Source: Myxococcota bacterium (GTDB lineage: Bacteria > Myxococcota_A > UBA9160 > JAFDDA01). From it: DNA of 64,000 nucleotides. The DNA lies in contig OZ245817.1 of the NCBI GenBank assembly GCA_965228475.1, forward strand, positions 2,048,001 to 2,112,000. Direction: 5' to 3'. Shown one piece after another: positions 1 through 9,975 of the stretch. The number at the start of each line of letters is the position of its first letter. The first letter of the stretch is position 1. A program made the position numbers and the translations under genes. Under the pieces are notes generated by a model that saw nothing but the letters and a program-made list of their open reading frames with translations, was not told where the DNA came from and did not search any database.

Positions 1-1
1 C

Positions 2-769
2 GTGCTCGAGAGCGAGGCCGCCGCGGTCGCGACGGCGACGGCCGTGGCCGAGACCGGCCGCCGCCACGGCTACCCCGTGGTCTTCAAGGCGTCCTTCGAC
101 AAGGCGAACCGCTCGAGCCACGAGAGCTACCGCGGGCCGGGCCTCGACGAAGGCCTCGCGATCTTCGACCGCATCAAGCGCGAGACCGGGCTGCCGGTGC
201 TGACGGACGTCCACGAGCCGCACCAGGCGAAGCCCGTCGCGGAGGTGGTCGACTGCCTGCAGATCCCCGCCTTCCTGTGCCGGCAGACGGATCTCATCGC
301 GGCCTGCGCCGCGACGGACCGGCCGATCAACGTGAAGAAGGGCCAGTTCATGGCGCCGGGCGACGCGCGGCTCCCCGTCGAGAAGGCGCGGCACTTCGGT
401 GCGGCCGGCGTCTTCCTGACCGAGCGCGGCGCGAGCTTCGGCTACAACGACCAGGTCGCGGACATGCGCTCGCTGGCGATCATGCGGCGCTTCGCGCCGG
501 TCTGCTTCGACGCCACCCACGCGGCGCAGAAGCCGGTGGCGGGCGGGACCCGCTCCGGCGGCGATCACGACGACGTGGCCCCGCTGGCGCGGGCGGCGGT
601 GGCCTTCGGCATCGACGCCCTCTTCGTCGAGGTGCACCCGGACCCGGCGAACGCGCCCTGCGACGGCGCGCTCCAGCTCGCCCCGGCGGAGTTCGACGCG
701 CTCCTGCGCGAGGTCCGGGCCATCGAGACGGCGCTCGATCGCCCGGCCGGCTCCGCCGAAACCCGCTGA
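2..769 (+). CDS. kdsA: 3-deoxy-8-phosphooctulonate (KDO8P) synthase, 5'-truncated by window edge
   Basis: KASFDKANRSS, PAFLCRQTD, KKGQF, ERG and FDATH motifs; begins at (C)VLES, so the N-terminus lies outside the window. Confidence 0.95.
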   Translation: MLESEAAAVATATAVAETGRRHGYPVVFKASFDKANRSSHESYRGPGLDEGLAIFDRIKRETGLPVLTDVHEPHQAKPVAEVVDCLQIPAFLCRQTDLIAACAATDRPINVKKGQFMAPGDARLPVEKARHFGAAGVFLTERGASFGYNDQVADMRSLAIMRRFAPVCFDATHAAQKPVAGGTRSGGDHDDVAPLARAAVAFGIDALFVEVHPDPANAPCDGALQLAPAEFDALLREVRAIETALDRPAGSAETR

Positions 770-779
770 GGCGCTCGGG

Positions 780-2429
780 GTGGGTTCGGCGGACGGCGCC
801 GACGTCCGATCGGGGCGGGCGCTGAGCGCCCGGGCCCCTGCGGCCTCGGCCGCCGGGGCTTCGAGCGCGGCCCTCGATGCGCCGCCCTGGCGGCTCCCGG
901 CGATCGTCGCGGTCGCGCTGCTCGTGCGCACCGTCGCCTGGCTGCGGACCGAAGCCATGATGAACGACGGCCCGACGTTCATCCGCATCGCGCGCCTGTT
1001 CGCCGAGGGCGAGTTCTCCGCCGCCCTGGCCCACGACTTCCACCCGCTCTACCCGCTGGCCATGGTCGCCGCGAAGCCCTTCTTCACGGACTGGGCCGAC
1101 GCGGGCGCCTGCGTGGCGATCCTGTCGGGCGGGCTCGCGGTCTTCGCGCTCCACACGTTCCTGCGAAGCGCCTTCGACGCGACCGTGGCCTGGGTGGGTG
1201 CGCTGCTGCTCGCCGTGCACCCCTACGCGGCCCCGTTCTCGGGCGACGTCCAGAGCGAGGGGCTCTACCTGGCGCTCTTCCTCTCGGCCCTGGCCGCGGT
1301 CTGGCACGCGCTCGGGACCCGGCGCTTCGCGCACGCCGTGCTCGCCGGCGGCGTGGCCGGGCTCGCCTACCTGGTGCGGCCGGAGGGAATCGGGCCGGTG
1401 CTCGTCGGGGCGGGGATGCTCGGTCTCGGCGTGCTGCAACGCGAGTGGCGCCTTCCCGAAGCGCTGCGGACCGGCGCCGCGCTCCTGCTCGGTGCCGGCC
1501 TGTGCATGGTTCCGTACCTCGCCGCCGTGGCCCTCGACGAGGGGCACCTGACCCTGACGCGCAAGAAATCGGTGACGGCGATCGCGACGCTCGACACGCC
1601 GGCCACGGTCCCCGCGCCTCCTGCGCCTGCCCCCGCCCCGGCTCCAGGCGCGGCGCCGAGCCCGTCCGCCTCGACGGCCGCGCCGCCCGAAGCCCCCTCG
1701 CTCTTCCGCGAAACCGCGGCCGCCCTGGCGGATCCCGTGCGCCACGGCTTCCGCACGGATCACCTGGTCCTGCTCGCCTTCGGGCTCTTCGTCTCGCGGG
1801 GGCGCCCCGGGCCGCGCGCCTGGTTCCTCGGCGGAACCGTGCTGCTCTACACCTTCGTGCTGGCCGGGCTCCAGCTCTCCGCGGGCTACGTGAGCATGCG
1901 CCACGTCCTGCCGCCGCTCCTACCGTGCCTCGGCTACGTGGCGCTCGGCGTTCCGGTGGCCGGGCGGATCCTGCTGGCCGGGCCGGCGCGCCTGGCCGGC
2001 CGCGGCGTCTCGCCGCGCGCGGCCCTCGCGGTCGGTCTCGCGCTGCTCGTCCTGGCCTCGACGCTGATGGCGATCCGGCCGCGCCGGGAGAACCGCGTGG
2101 CGATCCGCGCCGCCGCGGAGTGGCTGGCCGCCCAGGAGGCCGACCCGGGCGTCGTCGCGGCCCTGAAGCAGCGCGACGCCTACTATGCGGGCGCCGGGTG
2201 GGTCCGCCTACCGCCGTCCGGGGAAGGGGAGGCCTTCGTCCGGAGCCTGCGCTCCCAGGGCGTAGACTACGTGGTGCTGGACGGCCGCCGGCTCGATCGC
2301 TATCCGGGGCTCGAGGCGGGCGGCCGGCTCGTGCACCGCGAGGACGCGGGGAAGCGCTGGGCCGGGGTCTGGGCGCTCGGCCACGAGGGCCCGGATGCGG
2401 CGCCCGCTCACGGCTCGGAGGTCCGCTGA
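780..2429 (+). CDS. GT-C fold (ArnT/PMT-like, GT39/GT83-like) membrane glycosyltransferase
   Basis: Many TM segments; N-terminal NDGPTF..IA and HPLYP; SEGLY and YLVRPEG motifs; Pro/Ala-rich loop. Confidence 0.65.
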   Translation: MGSADGADVRSGRALSARAPAASAAGASSAALDAPPWRLPAIVAVALLVRTVAWLRTEAMMNDGPTFIRIARLFAEGEFSAALAHDFHPLYPLAMVAAKPFFTDWADAGACVAILSGGLAVFALHTFLRSAFDATVAWVGALLLAVHPYAAPFSGDVQSEGLYLALFLSALAAVWHALGTRRFAHAVLAGGVAGLAYLVRPEGIGPVLVGAGMLGLGVLQREWRLPEALRTGAALLLGAGLCMVPYLAAVALDEGHLTLTRKKSVTAIATLDTPATVPAPPAPAPAPAPGAAPSPSASTAAPPEAPSLFRETAAALADPVRHGFRTDHLVLLAFGLFVSRGRPGPRAWFLGGTVLLYTFVLAGLQLSAGYVSMRHVLPPLLPCLGYVALGVPVAGRILLAGPARLAGRGVSPRAALAVGLALLVLASTLMAIRPRRENRVAIRAAAEWLAAQEADPGVVAALKQRDAYYAGAGWVRLPPSGEGEAFVRSLRSQGVDYVVLDGRRLDRYPGLEAGGRLVHREDAGKRWAGVWALGHEGPDAAPAHGSEVR

Positions 2430-3836
2430 ATGCTCTATCGCTACAGCGAAGTCATTCGCAGCGCCCTGTTGGTCGCCGACATGACGATCGTCGGCGTGGC
2501 CTGGGTGGCGGCCTTCTACCTGCGCTTCTACCTGCCGGGCATGCCGCCGCCGAACGGGGAGATCCCGCCCTTCGAGCAGTACGCGGTGCTCCTGCCCGGG
2601 ATCCTGCCGCTCTGGTTCTGGCTCTTCCGCGCGCGCGGTCTCTACGAGGCGCAGCGGACCCACGCCGTCGTGCGCGAGGCCGGCGCCGTCGTCGCGGCCA
2701 CGGCGGTCGGCGTGCTCCTGCTCGTCGCGGCGACCTTCTTCGCGCGCACCTACTTCTATTCGCGGCTCGTGCTGCTGATCTTCGCGGCGCTCTCGGCGAC
2801 GTCGGTGATCGCCATGCGCGCGTCGGCGCGCCTCGCCCTGAAGCAGCTCCGCCGGCGCGGCTACAACCTGCGCTACGTGCTGGTCGTCGGCGGTGGCGAG
2901 CTCGCCCAGAGCGTGATCGAGCGGCTCGAGGCGCACCCGGAGGCCGGCCTGCGCGTGGTCGGCATCGCGGCCGAGGAGGGCAGCCGCCGCGCCGTCCGCG
3001 GCGTTCCGGTCGTGGCCTCCTACGGCCAGATCAAGGACTTCCTCCAGCGCCGGCGGATCGACCAGGTGATCGTGGCGCTCCAGCGCGACGAGTCGCACCT
3101 GCTCGAGAAGGTGATGGCCGAGCTCGAAGACGAGCTTCCGAGCGTCCAGCTCGTGCCCGACCTCGGCCACCTGCTCACCCTGCGCAGCACCGTCGAGGAT
3201 CTCGAGGGTCTGCCGGTGATCGGCCTGCGCGACACGCCCTTCGTCGGAATGGCGGCGGTGTGGAAGCGGGTCTTCGACGTGGTCGTCTCGGCGGGGCTCC
3301 TGCTCGGGCTCTCCCCGCTGCTCGCGGCCCTGGCGCTGGCCGTGCGGGTGAGCTCCGGCTCGCCGGTCTTCTATCACCAGAAGCGCATGGGCCTCGACGG
3401 GCAGGTCTTCTCGATCCTGAAGTTCCGCTCCATGCCCGAGGGTTCGGAGAAGAAGACCGGGCCGGTGTGGATGCAGCAGGGGGACGACCGCCCGACGCGG
3501 CTCGGTGCGTTCCTCCGGAGCAGCAACCTCGACGAGCTGCCCCAGCTCTGGAACGTCCTCCGGGGCGAGATGAGCATCGTCGGGCCGCGGCCCGAGCGGC
3601 CGGTCTTCATCGAGCAGTTCCGCCACGAGATCCCGGGCTACATGCTGCGCCACAAGGTGAAGGCGGGGCTCACGGGCTGGGCCCAGGTGAACGGCTGGCG
3701 CGGGAACACGTCGCTGCACGAGCGCATCGAGCACGACATCTACTACATCCAGAACTGGTCCCTCGGCCTCGATGCGCGGATCGTCGTGCTGACGATCTGG
3801 CAGACGCTCTTCGGCCGCGGCGAGAACGCCTACTGA
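2430..3836 (+). CDS. wcaJ: Undecaprenyl-phosphate glucose phosphotransferase (WcaJ-type initiating transferase)
   Basis: N-terminal TMs, CoA-binding-like middle domain, C-terminal KFRSM, LDELPQLWNVLRGEMSIVGPRPER, GLTGWAQVNG. Confidence 0.88.
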   Translation: MLYRYSEVIRSALLVADMTIVGVAWVAAFYLRFYLPGMPPPNGEIPPFEQYAVLLPGILPLWFWLFRARGLYEAQRTHAVVREAGAVVAATAVGVLLLVAATFFARTYFYSRLVLLIFAALSATSVIAMRASARLALKQLRRRGYNLRYVLVVGGGELAQSVIERLEAHPEAGLRVVGIAAEEGSRRAVRGVPVVASYGQIKDFLQRRRIDQVIVALQRDESHLLEKVMAELEDELPSVQLVPDLGHLLTLRSTVEDLEGLPVIGLRDTPFVGMAAVWKRVFDVVVSAGLLLGLSPLLAALALAVRVSSGSPVFYHQKRMGLDGQVFSILKFRSMPEGSEKKTGPVWMQQGDDRPTRLGAFLRSSNLDELPQLWNVLRGEMSIVGPRPERPVFIEQFRHEIPGYMLRHKVKAGLTGWAQVNGWRGNTSLHERIEHDIYYIQNWSLGLDARIVVLTIWQTLFGRGENAY

Positions 3837-5020
3837 GCTTCGGCGGGCGCGGCCGTCTCGCGCCAGAGCTGCCGCGCGACCAGCACGTAGAGCGCCAGCG
3901 TCATGAACATGTGGAAGCCGAGCGCGCGCGCCGGGACCGAGAAGACCGCGGCCAGCGAGAGCACGCCGAGGGTGATCACCGTCCGCTTGTGGGTCTCCAC
4001 CAGGTAGACGAAGCACGGCAGGAGCCAGATGAAGTAGTGCGTCCAGACGAGGGGCGAGACGGCCAGCATCGCCGGCGTGGCCAGGGCGAACAGGCCGAGG
4101 AAATCGCGCGTCCTCGGCGCGCGGCGGGTGCGCCAGGCGAAGTAGGCCGAGGTCACCGCCAGCACCGCGACGACCGCGTAGTAGAGCCGCCAGATCCAGA
4201 CGACCGGGATGTCGAGGAGCTGGATCGAGCCCTTGGCGGCGAGGGCCGGGTCGAGGGACCAATCCGTGCTGAAGGATCGGACGAGGGTGATCGCGAGGCC
4301 CTGGTTGTTGTAGCGGAGCCCGCGCACCACCTCGACGAAGCGCTCCGCGCGCTGCTCCGTGCGGACCTCCTCGAACCAGCGCAGGAAGTCTTCGGCGCCG
4401 GCCTGGGCACCGATCGCCAGGGCGACCCAGGCGGCGATGCCGACGCCGGCGAGGGCCGCGCCGAGCAACACGCCCGGGGCCTGCCGCAGGGCGAAGGGCA
4501 CGGCGAGGAGCGCCCCCGGAAAGACCTTGTAGAAGCCGCCGAGCGCGATCAGCGCGCCGCCGCGCACGGCCTGGCCGCGGGCCGCGGCGAGGATGCCGAA
4601 GGTCGCGCCAGCGAGGAGCACCGGCCCGCTCTGGCTCAGCGTGATGTTGTTCACGATGAAGGGCGTGATCGCGAACCAGGCCCAGGCCTGCCGCGCGGGC
4701 GGGGGCCCGCCGAGCTGCCAGAAGCCGTAGGGCAGGGCGGCGAAGGCGAGGTAGGTCAGAAGCACCCAGAGCGCTGCGGCCACGGAGATCGGGAAGGCGC
4801 CGAAGGGCGACATCATGACCTGGAAGCTCGGCGGGTAGCGCAGGGTGCCCTTCTCGAGAAAGAGCTCGCCGTCCTCCCAGACCGAGACGGCGGCGAAGTG
4901 GAAGTTGTCGAAGTCGTTCGAGTGGCGTGCGGCGCGGTCGACGGCGATGGCGCCGAGCGCGATCGCCACCACCGCCAGCGCGGCGGCGGCCAGCCGGGGA
5001 CGTCCGGAGGGGATCTTCAC
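3830..5020 (-). CDS. GT87-like (DUF2029) membrane glycosyltransferase
   Basis: DFDNF..AA, YPPSF, K.FPG, NNQGL and SPLVWTHY motifs; multiple TMs. Confidence 0.75.
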   Translation of the reverse strand: MKIPSGRPRLAAAALAVVAIALGAIAVDRAARHSNDFDNFHFAAVSVWEDGELFLEKGTLRYPPSFQVMMSPFGAFPISVAAALWVLLTYLAFAALPYGFWQLGGPPPARQAWAWFAITPFIVNNITLSQSGPVLLAGATFGILAAARGQAVRGGALIALGGFYKVFPGALLAVPFALRQAPGVLLGAALAGVGIAAWVALAIGAQAGAEDFLRWFEEVRTEQRAERFVEVVRGLRYNNQGLAITLVRSFSTDWSLDPALAAKGSIQLLDIPVVWIWRLYYAVVAVLAVTSAYFAWRTRRAPRTRDFLGLFALATPAMLAVSPLVWTHYFIWLLPCFVYLVETHKRTVITLGVLSLAAVFSVPARALGFHMFMTLALYVLVARQLWRETAAPAEAQ

Positions 5021-5085
5021 GGCCCATGGGTTAGCGCAGGAGAGCAGGGGGGGCGTTACTCTTCGGCGGCCGAAGAGGGGGAGCC

Positions 5086-5889
5086 GTGACGAACCAGCGG
5101 GCCGTGGACCATGCCTGCGACGAGGCCGTGCTCGACGAGCTGGTCGCGCTCGCGCGGGAAGACGCCTCCCGCGGATTGCTCCAGTTCGGCGGGCGCGTCG
5201 GCGCCGAGCAGTACCGGCTCCTGTATCGAGCGGTCCGGCGTCACGTCCCGCCGGGCGCCGAAGTCCTCGACTGGGGCGCCGGCAACGGACACTTCACGTA
5301 CTACTTGAGCCGTGCCGGCTATCGGGCCACGGCGTTCTCGATTTCGGGCGCACCCTTCGAGAGCTGGCTGCCGCCCGCGGGCTGGCGCTCGGTCGAGGGG
5401 AAGCCCGAGGAGCCGACCCGCCTTCCCTTCGAGACGGCGAGCTTCGACGCCGTGAGCTCGGTCGGCGTGCTCGAGCACGTCCACGAGGCCGGCGGGCGGG
5501 CCGAGGACAGCCTCGCCGAGCTGACGCGCGTGCTGCGGCCGGGCGGCGTCTTCGTCTGCTGTCACCTCCCGAACCAATGGAGCTGGATCGAGCTGGTGGC
5601 GCGCCGGCGGGCGGGCGTCCACACCCATGACGTCCGCTACCGGCCGCGGGAGGTGGAGGCCCTCGTGGCGGGCGCCGGGCTCGAGTGCCTCGAACTCCGT
5701 CGGTACGCGTTCCTGCCGCGCAACCTCTGGTCGCGGGCGCCGCGCGGCGTGGCCGACGCGCGGGCGACCTCGCTCCTCTGGAACGGTGCCGACGCCGTGC
5801 TCGGGAAGCTCTTCCCGTTCCTCTGCCAGAACTACCTGCTCGTGGCCCGGAAGCCGGGCGCCGGGGCATCGGGGGCGGGCCGCGCGTGA
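5086..5889 (+). CDS. Class I SAM-dependent methyltransferase
   Basis: VLDWGAGNG, LPFETASFDAV, VLEHV, RVLRPGG. Confidence 0.9.
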   Translation: MTNQRAVDHACDEAVLDELVALAREDASRGLLQFGGRVGAEQYRLLYRAVRRHVPPGAEVLDWGAGNGHFTYYLSRAGYRATAFSISGAPFESWLPPAGWRSVEGKPEEPTRLPFETASFDAVSSVGVLEHVHEAGGRAEDSLAELTRVLRPGGVFVCCHLPNQWSWIELVARRRAGVHTHDVRYRPREVEALVAGAGLECLELRRYAFLPRNLWSRAPRGVADARATSLLWNGADAVLGKLFPFLCQNYLLVARKPGAGASGAGRA

Positions 5890-7214
5890 AGCGGCTCCTG
5901 CTCGTCAGCTACTACTTTCCGCCCATGGGCGGCGTACCCGTGCGCCGGGTGCTGCGGATGGTGCGCCACCTCCCGGAGCACGGCTGGTCGTGCACCGTGC
6001 TGACGGCCGACCGGCCCTACGACCCGTTCCATCCCGAAGATCCCGAAGGGCTCGAGAACCTGCCCCCGTGCGACGCGGTCCTGCGCGCCCCGGCGCGCTC
6101 CTTTGCCGAACGCGCGATGGCCGCCGCGTGGCGGGGAATCGGCCGGCTGCGCCCGGCGCCGGCCGCCTCTGCTGCGCCCGATTCCGGTGCGGCGGCCCCG
6201 GGCGGAGGTCTCCGCAGCCGGCTCTACGAAACGCTCCAGTTCCCGGACCCGAAGCGGGCCTGGCAAGCCGGCGCCGTCGCCCTCGGCCGCAAGGCCCTGG
6301 CGGAGGCCGACTTCGATGCCGTGCTCGCGAGCGGGTACCCCTGGACGACCTTCCTCGTCGGGGACGCCCTCGCCCGCGAGGCGGGCCTCCCGCTCGTTCT
6401 CGACTACCGCGACGCCTGGACCCTGAACCCGCGCGGTCTCTGGAGCGGCGACCGCCACCGCCGCTGCGAAGCGGAGTTGATCGCGCGGAGCGCCGCCGTC
6501 GTGGTCGCGACGGACTGGATCCGCGACCACACCCGCGAGCGCTATCCCGAACACGCGGCGCGGATCGAGACGCTCACCAACGGCTACGACGTCGATCGCC
6601 CGCCGCCGGATCCCGCACTCGAAGACCCGGAGCGTCTGGTCGCGACCTTCACCGGGAGCTTCAACGACGCGCACCCGCCCTCGGATCTAGACCAGAGCCC
6701 CTATTACCTGATCGAGGCGGCCGCGAGCCTGCCCGATCCGGTCCGCCGCCAGCTCCGCATCCGGCTCGTCGGCCGCGTCGGCGACGTGCACGCGCGCTTC
6801 GCCGAGGAGCGCGGCATCGGCGACGTGGTCGAGATCGAGGGGCCGGTCTCCCACCGCCGCGCGCTTCAGCACCAGGGCGCGGCCGACGTCCTGCTCGTCC
6901 TCGTGTGCCGAGGGCAGGGGAGGGCCGGCGTGCTCACCGGGAAGGTCCTCGAGTACGTGGGCGCGCGCCGGCCGGTGCTCGCCCTCGCGCCCGAGGGCGA
7001 ACTCGCGGGCTTCGTGCGGGCGCGCGAGCTCGGCTGGGTGGAGCCGCCCGACGACCCCGCCGCGATCGCCCGGCGCTTGACCTCGCTCGTCGAGGCGAAG
7101 CGCGCGGGGGAGCTCCCGCGCGAGACGCCGCCCCACGCGGATCTCTCGGCCTCCGGCCGCGCCGCCCGTCTCGCGGAGATCCTCGACGGGTTCTCGCTCG
7201 AAGGGGTCGTCTAG
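5886..7214 (+). CDS. Glycosyltransferase family 4
   Basis: GTG overlapping upstream TGA; LLLVSYYFPP, DYRDAW, TNGYD, GKVLEY..ARRPVLA. Confidence 0.88.
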   Translation: MKRLLLVSYYFPPMGGVPVRRVLRMVRHLPEHGWSCTVLTADRPYDPFHPEDPEGLENLPPCDAVLRAPARSFAERAMAAAWRGIGRLRPAPAASAAPDSGAAAPGGGLRSRLYETLQFPDPKRAWQAGAVALGRKALAEADFDAVLASGYPWTTFLVGDALAREAGLPLVLDYRDAWTLNPRGLWSGDRHRRCEAELIARSAAVVVATDWIRDHTRERYPEHAARIETLTNGYDVDRPPPDPALEDPERLVATFTGSFNDAHPPSDLDQSPYYLIEAAASLPDPVRRQLRIRLVGRVGDVHARFAEERGIGDVVEIEGPVSHRRALQHQGAADVLLVLVCRGQGRAGVLTGKVLEYVGARRPVLALAPEGELAGFVRARELGWVEPPDDPAAIARRLTSLVEAKRAGELPRETPPHADLSASGRAARLAEILDGFSLEGVV

Positions 7215-7216
7215 GG

Positions 7217-9145
7217 ATGTGCGGGATCGCCGGCATCCTGCGCTTCGGCGGCGCCCGGGTTGCGCCGGACCGGCTGGCGGCCATGGTCGACGGCCTTGCG
7301 CACCGGGGCCCGGACGATCGGGGCTACCTCGGGGCCGCGGGGGAGACCGTGCGGGTCGGGCGCGAACCCGACGCGGCCGAAGGGGCGACCGTCGGGCTCG
7401 GCCACACGCGGCTCTCCATCCTGGATCTCAGCGCGGCGGGTCACCAGCCCATGGGCCGCGCGGACGGCTCCTCCTTCCTCGTGTTCAACGGCGAGATCTA
7501 CAACCACGTCGAGCTGCGCGCGGCGTGCGAAGCGCGCGGGGAGCGCTTCGCCTCGCGCAGCGATACGGAGGTGCTGCTGGCGAAGCTCGCCGAGCGGGGC
7601 ACCGAGGCGCTCGGCGAGCTCGTCGGCATGTACGCCTTCGCGTGGCTCGATCGCGGGGCCGGACGGCTCGTGCTCGCGCGGGACCCGTACGGCATCAAGC
7701 CGCTCTACTGGACCCGAAGCGAGGGCCGCTTCGCCTTCGCTTCCGAGATCCCGGCACTCCTGGCCGCCGACCCCGGCGCGGCGCGCACGGTGAACCCGGC
7801 CCGCCTCTACGACTACCTCCGCTTCGGGCTCACCGACGACGGCGCCGAGACCCTGCTGGCCGACGTCGCCCAGGTGCCGCCGGGGCATTGGCTCGCGGTG
7901 GATCTCGCGAGCGGCGAACTCGAGGGGCCCGTGGCGTTCCGTCCGCCCGAGGGCCCTCGCTGGTCCGGCGAATCCTTCGCGGACGCGGCCGAGCGGACCC
8001 GGGAGCTCTTCCTCGAGAGCCTGCGCCTGCACCGCCGGAGCGACGTCCCGCTCGGCGCGGCGCTCTCCGGAGGGATCGATTCGAGTGCGATCCTCTGCGG
8101 GCTGCGCCACGTCGAAGGGCCCGGCGCGGACCTTCGCGCGTTCTCGTACGTGGCGGACGACCCGGCGCTCTCCGAGGCTCGCTACGTCGGCGTCGCCGCC
8201 GAAGCCGCCGGCGCGCGGGTCGCCACCGTCACGCCTCGCGTGGAGGAGCTGGTCACCGATCTCGACACGCTCGTCGCCCGTCAGGGCCTTCCCTTCGGGA
8301 GCACCAGCATCTACGCCCAGTACCGGGTCTTCCAGCTCGCGGCGGGGGAGGGCGTGAAGGTCCTGCTCGATGGCCAGGGCGCGGACGAGATCTTCGCCGG
8401 CTACCGCACCTACCTCGCGACGCGCTGGGCCTCCCTCGTCCGCGCACGCCGCTTCGGCGAGGCTGGCCGCTACCTCGCGCGGGTCGCGCGCCAGCTCGGG
8501 CCGGAGGCGAAGGGCTTCCTCGCCCGGGCCGGAGGGCTCGTGCTGCCGAGCGCGCTCACGCCGCTCGCGCGCCGCATGGTCGGCGAAGACCTGGCACCCG
8601 CCTGGCTCGAGCCGCGCTGGTTCGCCGAGCGGGGCGTCGAGCCGAGGCCGCTCTGGCGCTCCACCGCCCGCGACGCCCTCCGTGAGCACCTCCACGAAGC
8701 GGTGTCGCGTATCAGTCTGCCGATGCTCCTGCGCTACGAGGACCGCAACTCCATGGCCTTCTCGCTCGAGAGCCGCGTCCCGTTCCTCGACCCACGCCTC
8801 GTCGGGTATGCGCTCTCGCTGCCCGAGGAGCACTGGGTTTCCCCGCAAGGGCAGAGCAAGGCGGTCTTCCGCGCGGCCCTACGCGGGATCGTCCCGGACG
8901 AGATCCTCGACCGCCGCGACAAGATCGGCTTCGCGACGCCCGAGCGGCGCTGGCTCCGGGCCGTGGGGCCCTGGGTCGAGGAGGTGCTCGCCGGCGAGCG
9001 CGCGCGCGCCATTCCGGCCCTGCGGCCCGAGGCGATGCTCGCGAGCTGGCAGGGCGTGCGCAGCGGATCCGCAGGCTTCGATTGGCGGATCTGGCGCTGG
9101 CTCAACCTGGTGCGCTGGGCGGAGCAGCTGGACGTCGTGTTCTAG
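7217..9145 (+). CDS. asnB: Asparagine synthase (glutamine-hydrolysing) family amidotransferase, polysaccharide-associated
   Basis: MCGIAG N-terminal nucleophile Cys, HRGPD, FNGEIYN, LSGGIDSS, DGQGADE, ESRVPFLD. Confidence 0.92.
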   Translation: MCGIAGILRFGGARVAPDRLAAMVDGLAHRGPDDRGYLGAAGETVRVGREPDAAEGATVGLGHTRLSILDLSAAGHQPMGRADGSSFLVFNGEIYNHVELRAACEARGERFASRSDTEVLLAKLAERGTEALGELVGMYAFAWLDRGAGRLVLARDPYGIKPLYWTRSEGRFAFASEIPALLAADPGAARTVNPARLYDYLRFGLTDDGAETLLADVAQVPPGHWLAVDLASGELEGPVAFRPPEGPRWSGESFADAAERTRELFLESLRLHRRSDVPLGAALSGGIDSSAILCGLRHVEGPGADLRAFSYVADDPALSEARYVGVAAEAAGARVATVTPRVEELVTDLDTLVARQGLPFGSTSIYAQYRVFQLAAGEGVKVLLDGQGADEIFAGYRTYLATRWASLVRARRFGEAGRYLARVARQLGPEAKGFLARAGGLVLPSALTPLARRMVGEDLAPAWLEPRWFAERGVEPRPLWRSTARDALREHLHEAVSRISLPMLLRYEDRNSMAFSLESRVPFLDPRLVGYALSLPEEHWVSPQGQSKAVFRAALRGIVPDEILDRRDKIGFATPERRWLRAVGPWVEEVLAGERARAIPALRPEAMLASWQGVRSGSAGFDWRIWRWLNLVRWAEQLDVVF

Positions 9146-9261
9146 CGGACCCCGGGCCCCTCGGCCTGTCTGCCCGAAGCCCCTGCGGCTTCAGAGGGCG
9201 CCCTCACGCCTTCTCCGGGGAATCCGCGCCACCTGGCCGGGTCTCGCGGACACTTCGTCCT

Positions 9262-9277
9262 GGGCGGGATTCGTGCA
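9262..9277 (+). promoter_or_regulatory. Possible sigma-54 -24/-12 promoter for the PEP-CTERM gene
   Basis: GG(9263-64)-N10-GC(9275-76)A spacing about 25 nt upstream of ATG 9301 and the AAGGA RBS; partial match to TGGCAC-N5-TTGC. Confidence 0.3.
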
Positions 9278-9300
9278 TCCGGCCCCCGAAAGGACTTCCC

Positions 9301-9975
9301 ATGTTGCTTCGCTCCCTGCGCTCCGTCTCGATCTTCGCCCTGGCCCTCGCCGTGGCCGCCCCCGCCTCGGCCATGCTGATCCTCGATACGGGAACCCCCG
9401 ACGAGAGCGGCGCCCAGGGCGTGTACTACGACCCGACCTTCGGGTCCGCCACCTTCGTGGCGCAGGAATTCACGCTGAACGAGAACACGACCCTCTCCGG
9501 GATCGAGGTCTACGCCGGCGGTCTCGCGAACAACGGCTTCCGCCTCCAGGTGGCGACCCAGATCGGCCCGGCGGCGGACCCCTCGGACGTGCTCGGTGGC
9601 ACCGAGATCATGCTCCCCGGGACCCCGTCCTTCAGCACGGATGGCGAGTGGGTGCTCGGCAACATCGACCTCGCGCTCAACGCCGGAACCTACTTCCTGG
9701 TGATCAGCCCCCTCGGCATGAGCGGGAACCCGTTCCTCGGCTCCTCGTTCCTGCCGACGGACGCGCCGAACGTGCTCGGGGACCGCTACACCGCGAGCGA
9801 CGGGATGAACCCGCTCGACAACGTCGATCTCACGGATCCGCTGCTTTCGGGCTTCGTCCTCAACAACTCGTTCCAGCCGGGGATCCGCTTCTACTCGGTG
9901 CCGGAGCCGGCGGCGCTGGCGCTGTTCGCCTCGGTGGGGTGGGCCCTCTTCGGCCGCCGCTCCCGGAAGGGCTAG
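9301..9975 (+). CDS. PEP-CTERM sorting domain secreted protein
   Basis: Signal peptide ending APASA; C-terminal VPEP + hydrophobic TM + RRSRK; RBS AAGGA. Confidence 0.9.
   Translation: MLLRSLRSVSIFALALAVAAPASAMLILDTGTPDESGAQGVYYDPTFGSATFVAQEFTLNENTTLSGIEVYAGGLANNGFRLQVATQIGPAADPSDVLGGTEIMLPGTPSFSTDGEWVLGNIDLALNAGTYFLVISPLGMSGNPFLGSSFLPTDAPNVLGDRYTASDGMNPLDNVDLTDPLLSGFVLNNSFQPGIRFYSVPEPAALALFASVGWALFGRRSRKG

Noticed and set aside
1600..1700. Pro/Ala-rich stretch as a DNA repeat element
   Set aside because: Low-complexity coding linker within the membrane GT, with no exact repeat unit.
5627..7216. Apparent 530-aa N-terminal extension of AsnB, and similar extensions on ORFs 14085-15857, 22598-24865 and 30864-32579
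   Set aside because: AsnB needs Cys at the N-terminus (ATG 7217); the extensions overlap real upstream genes in other frames.
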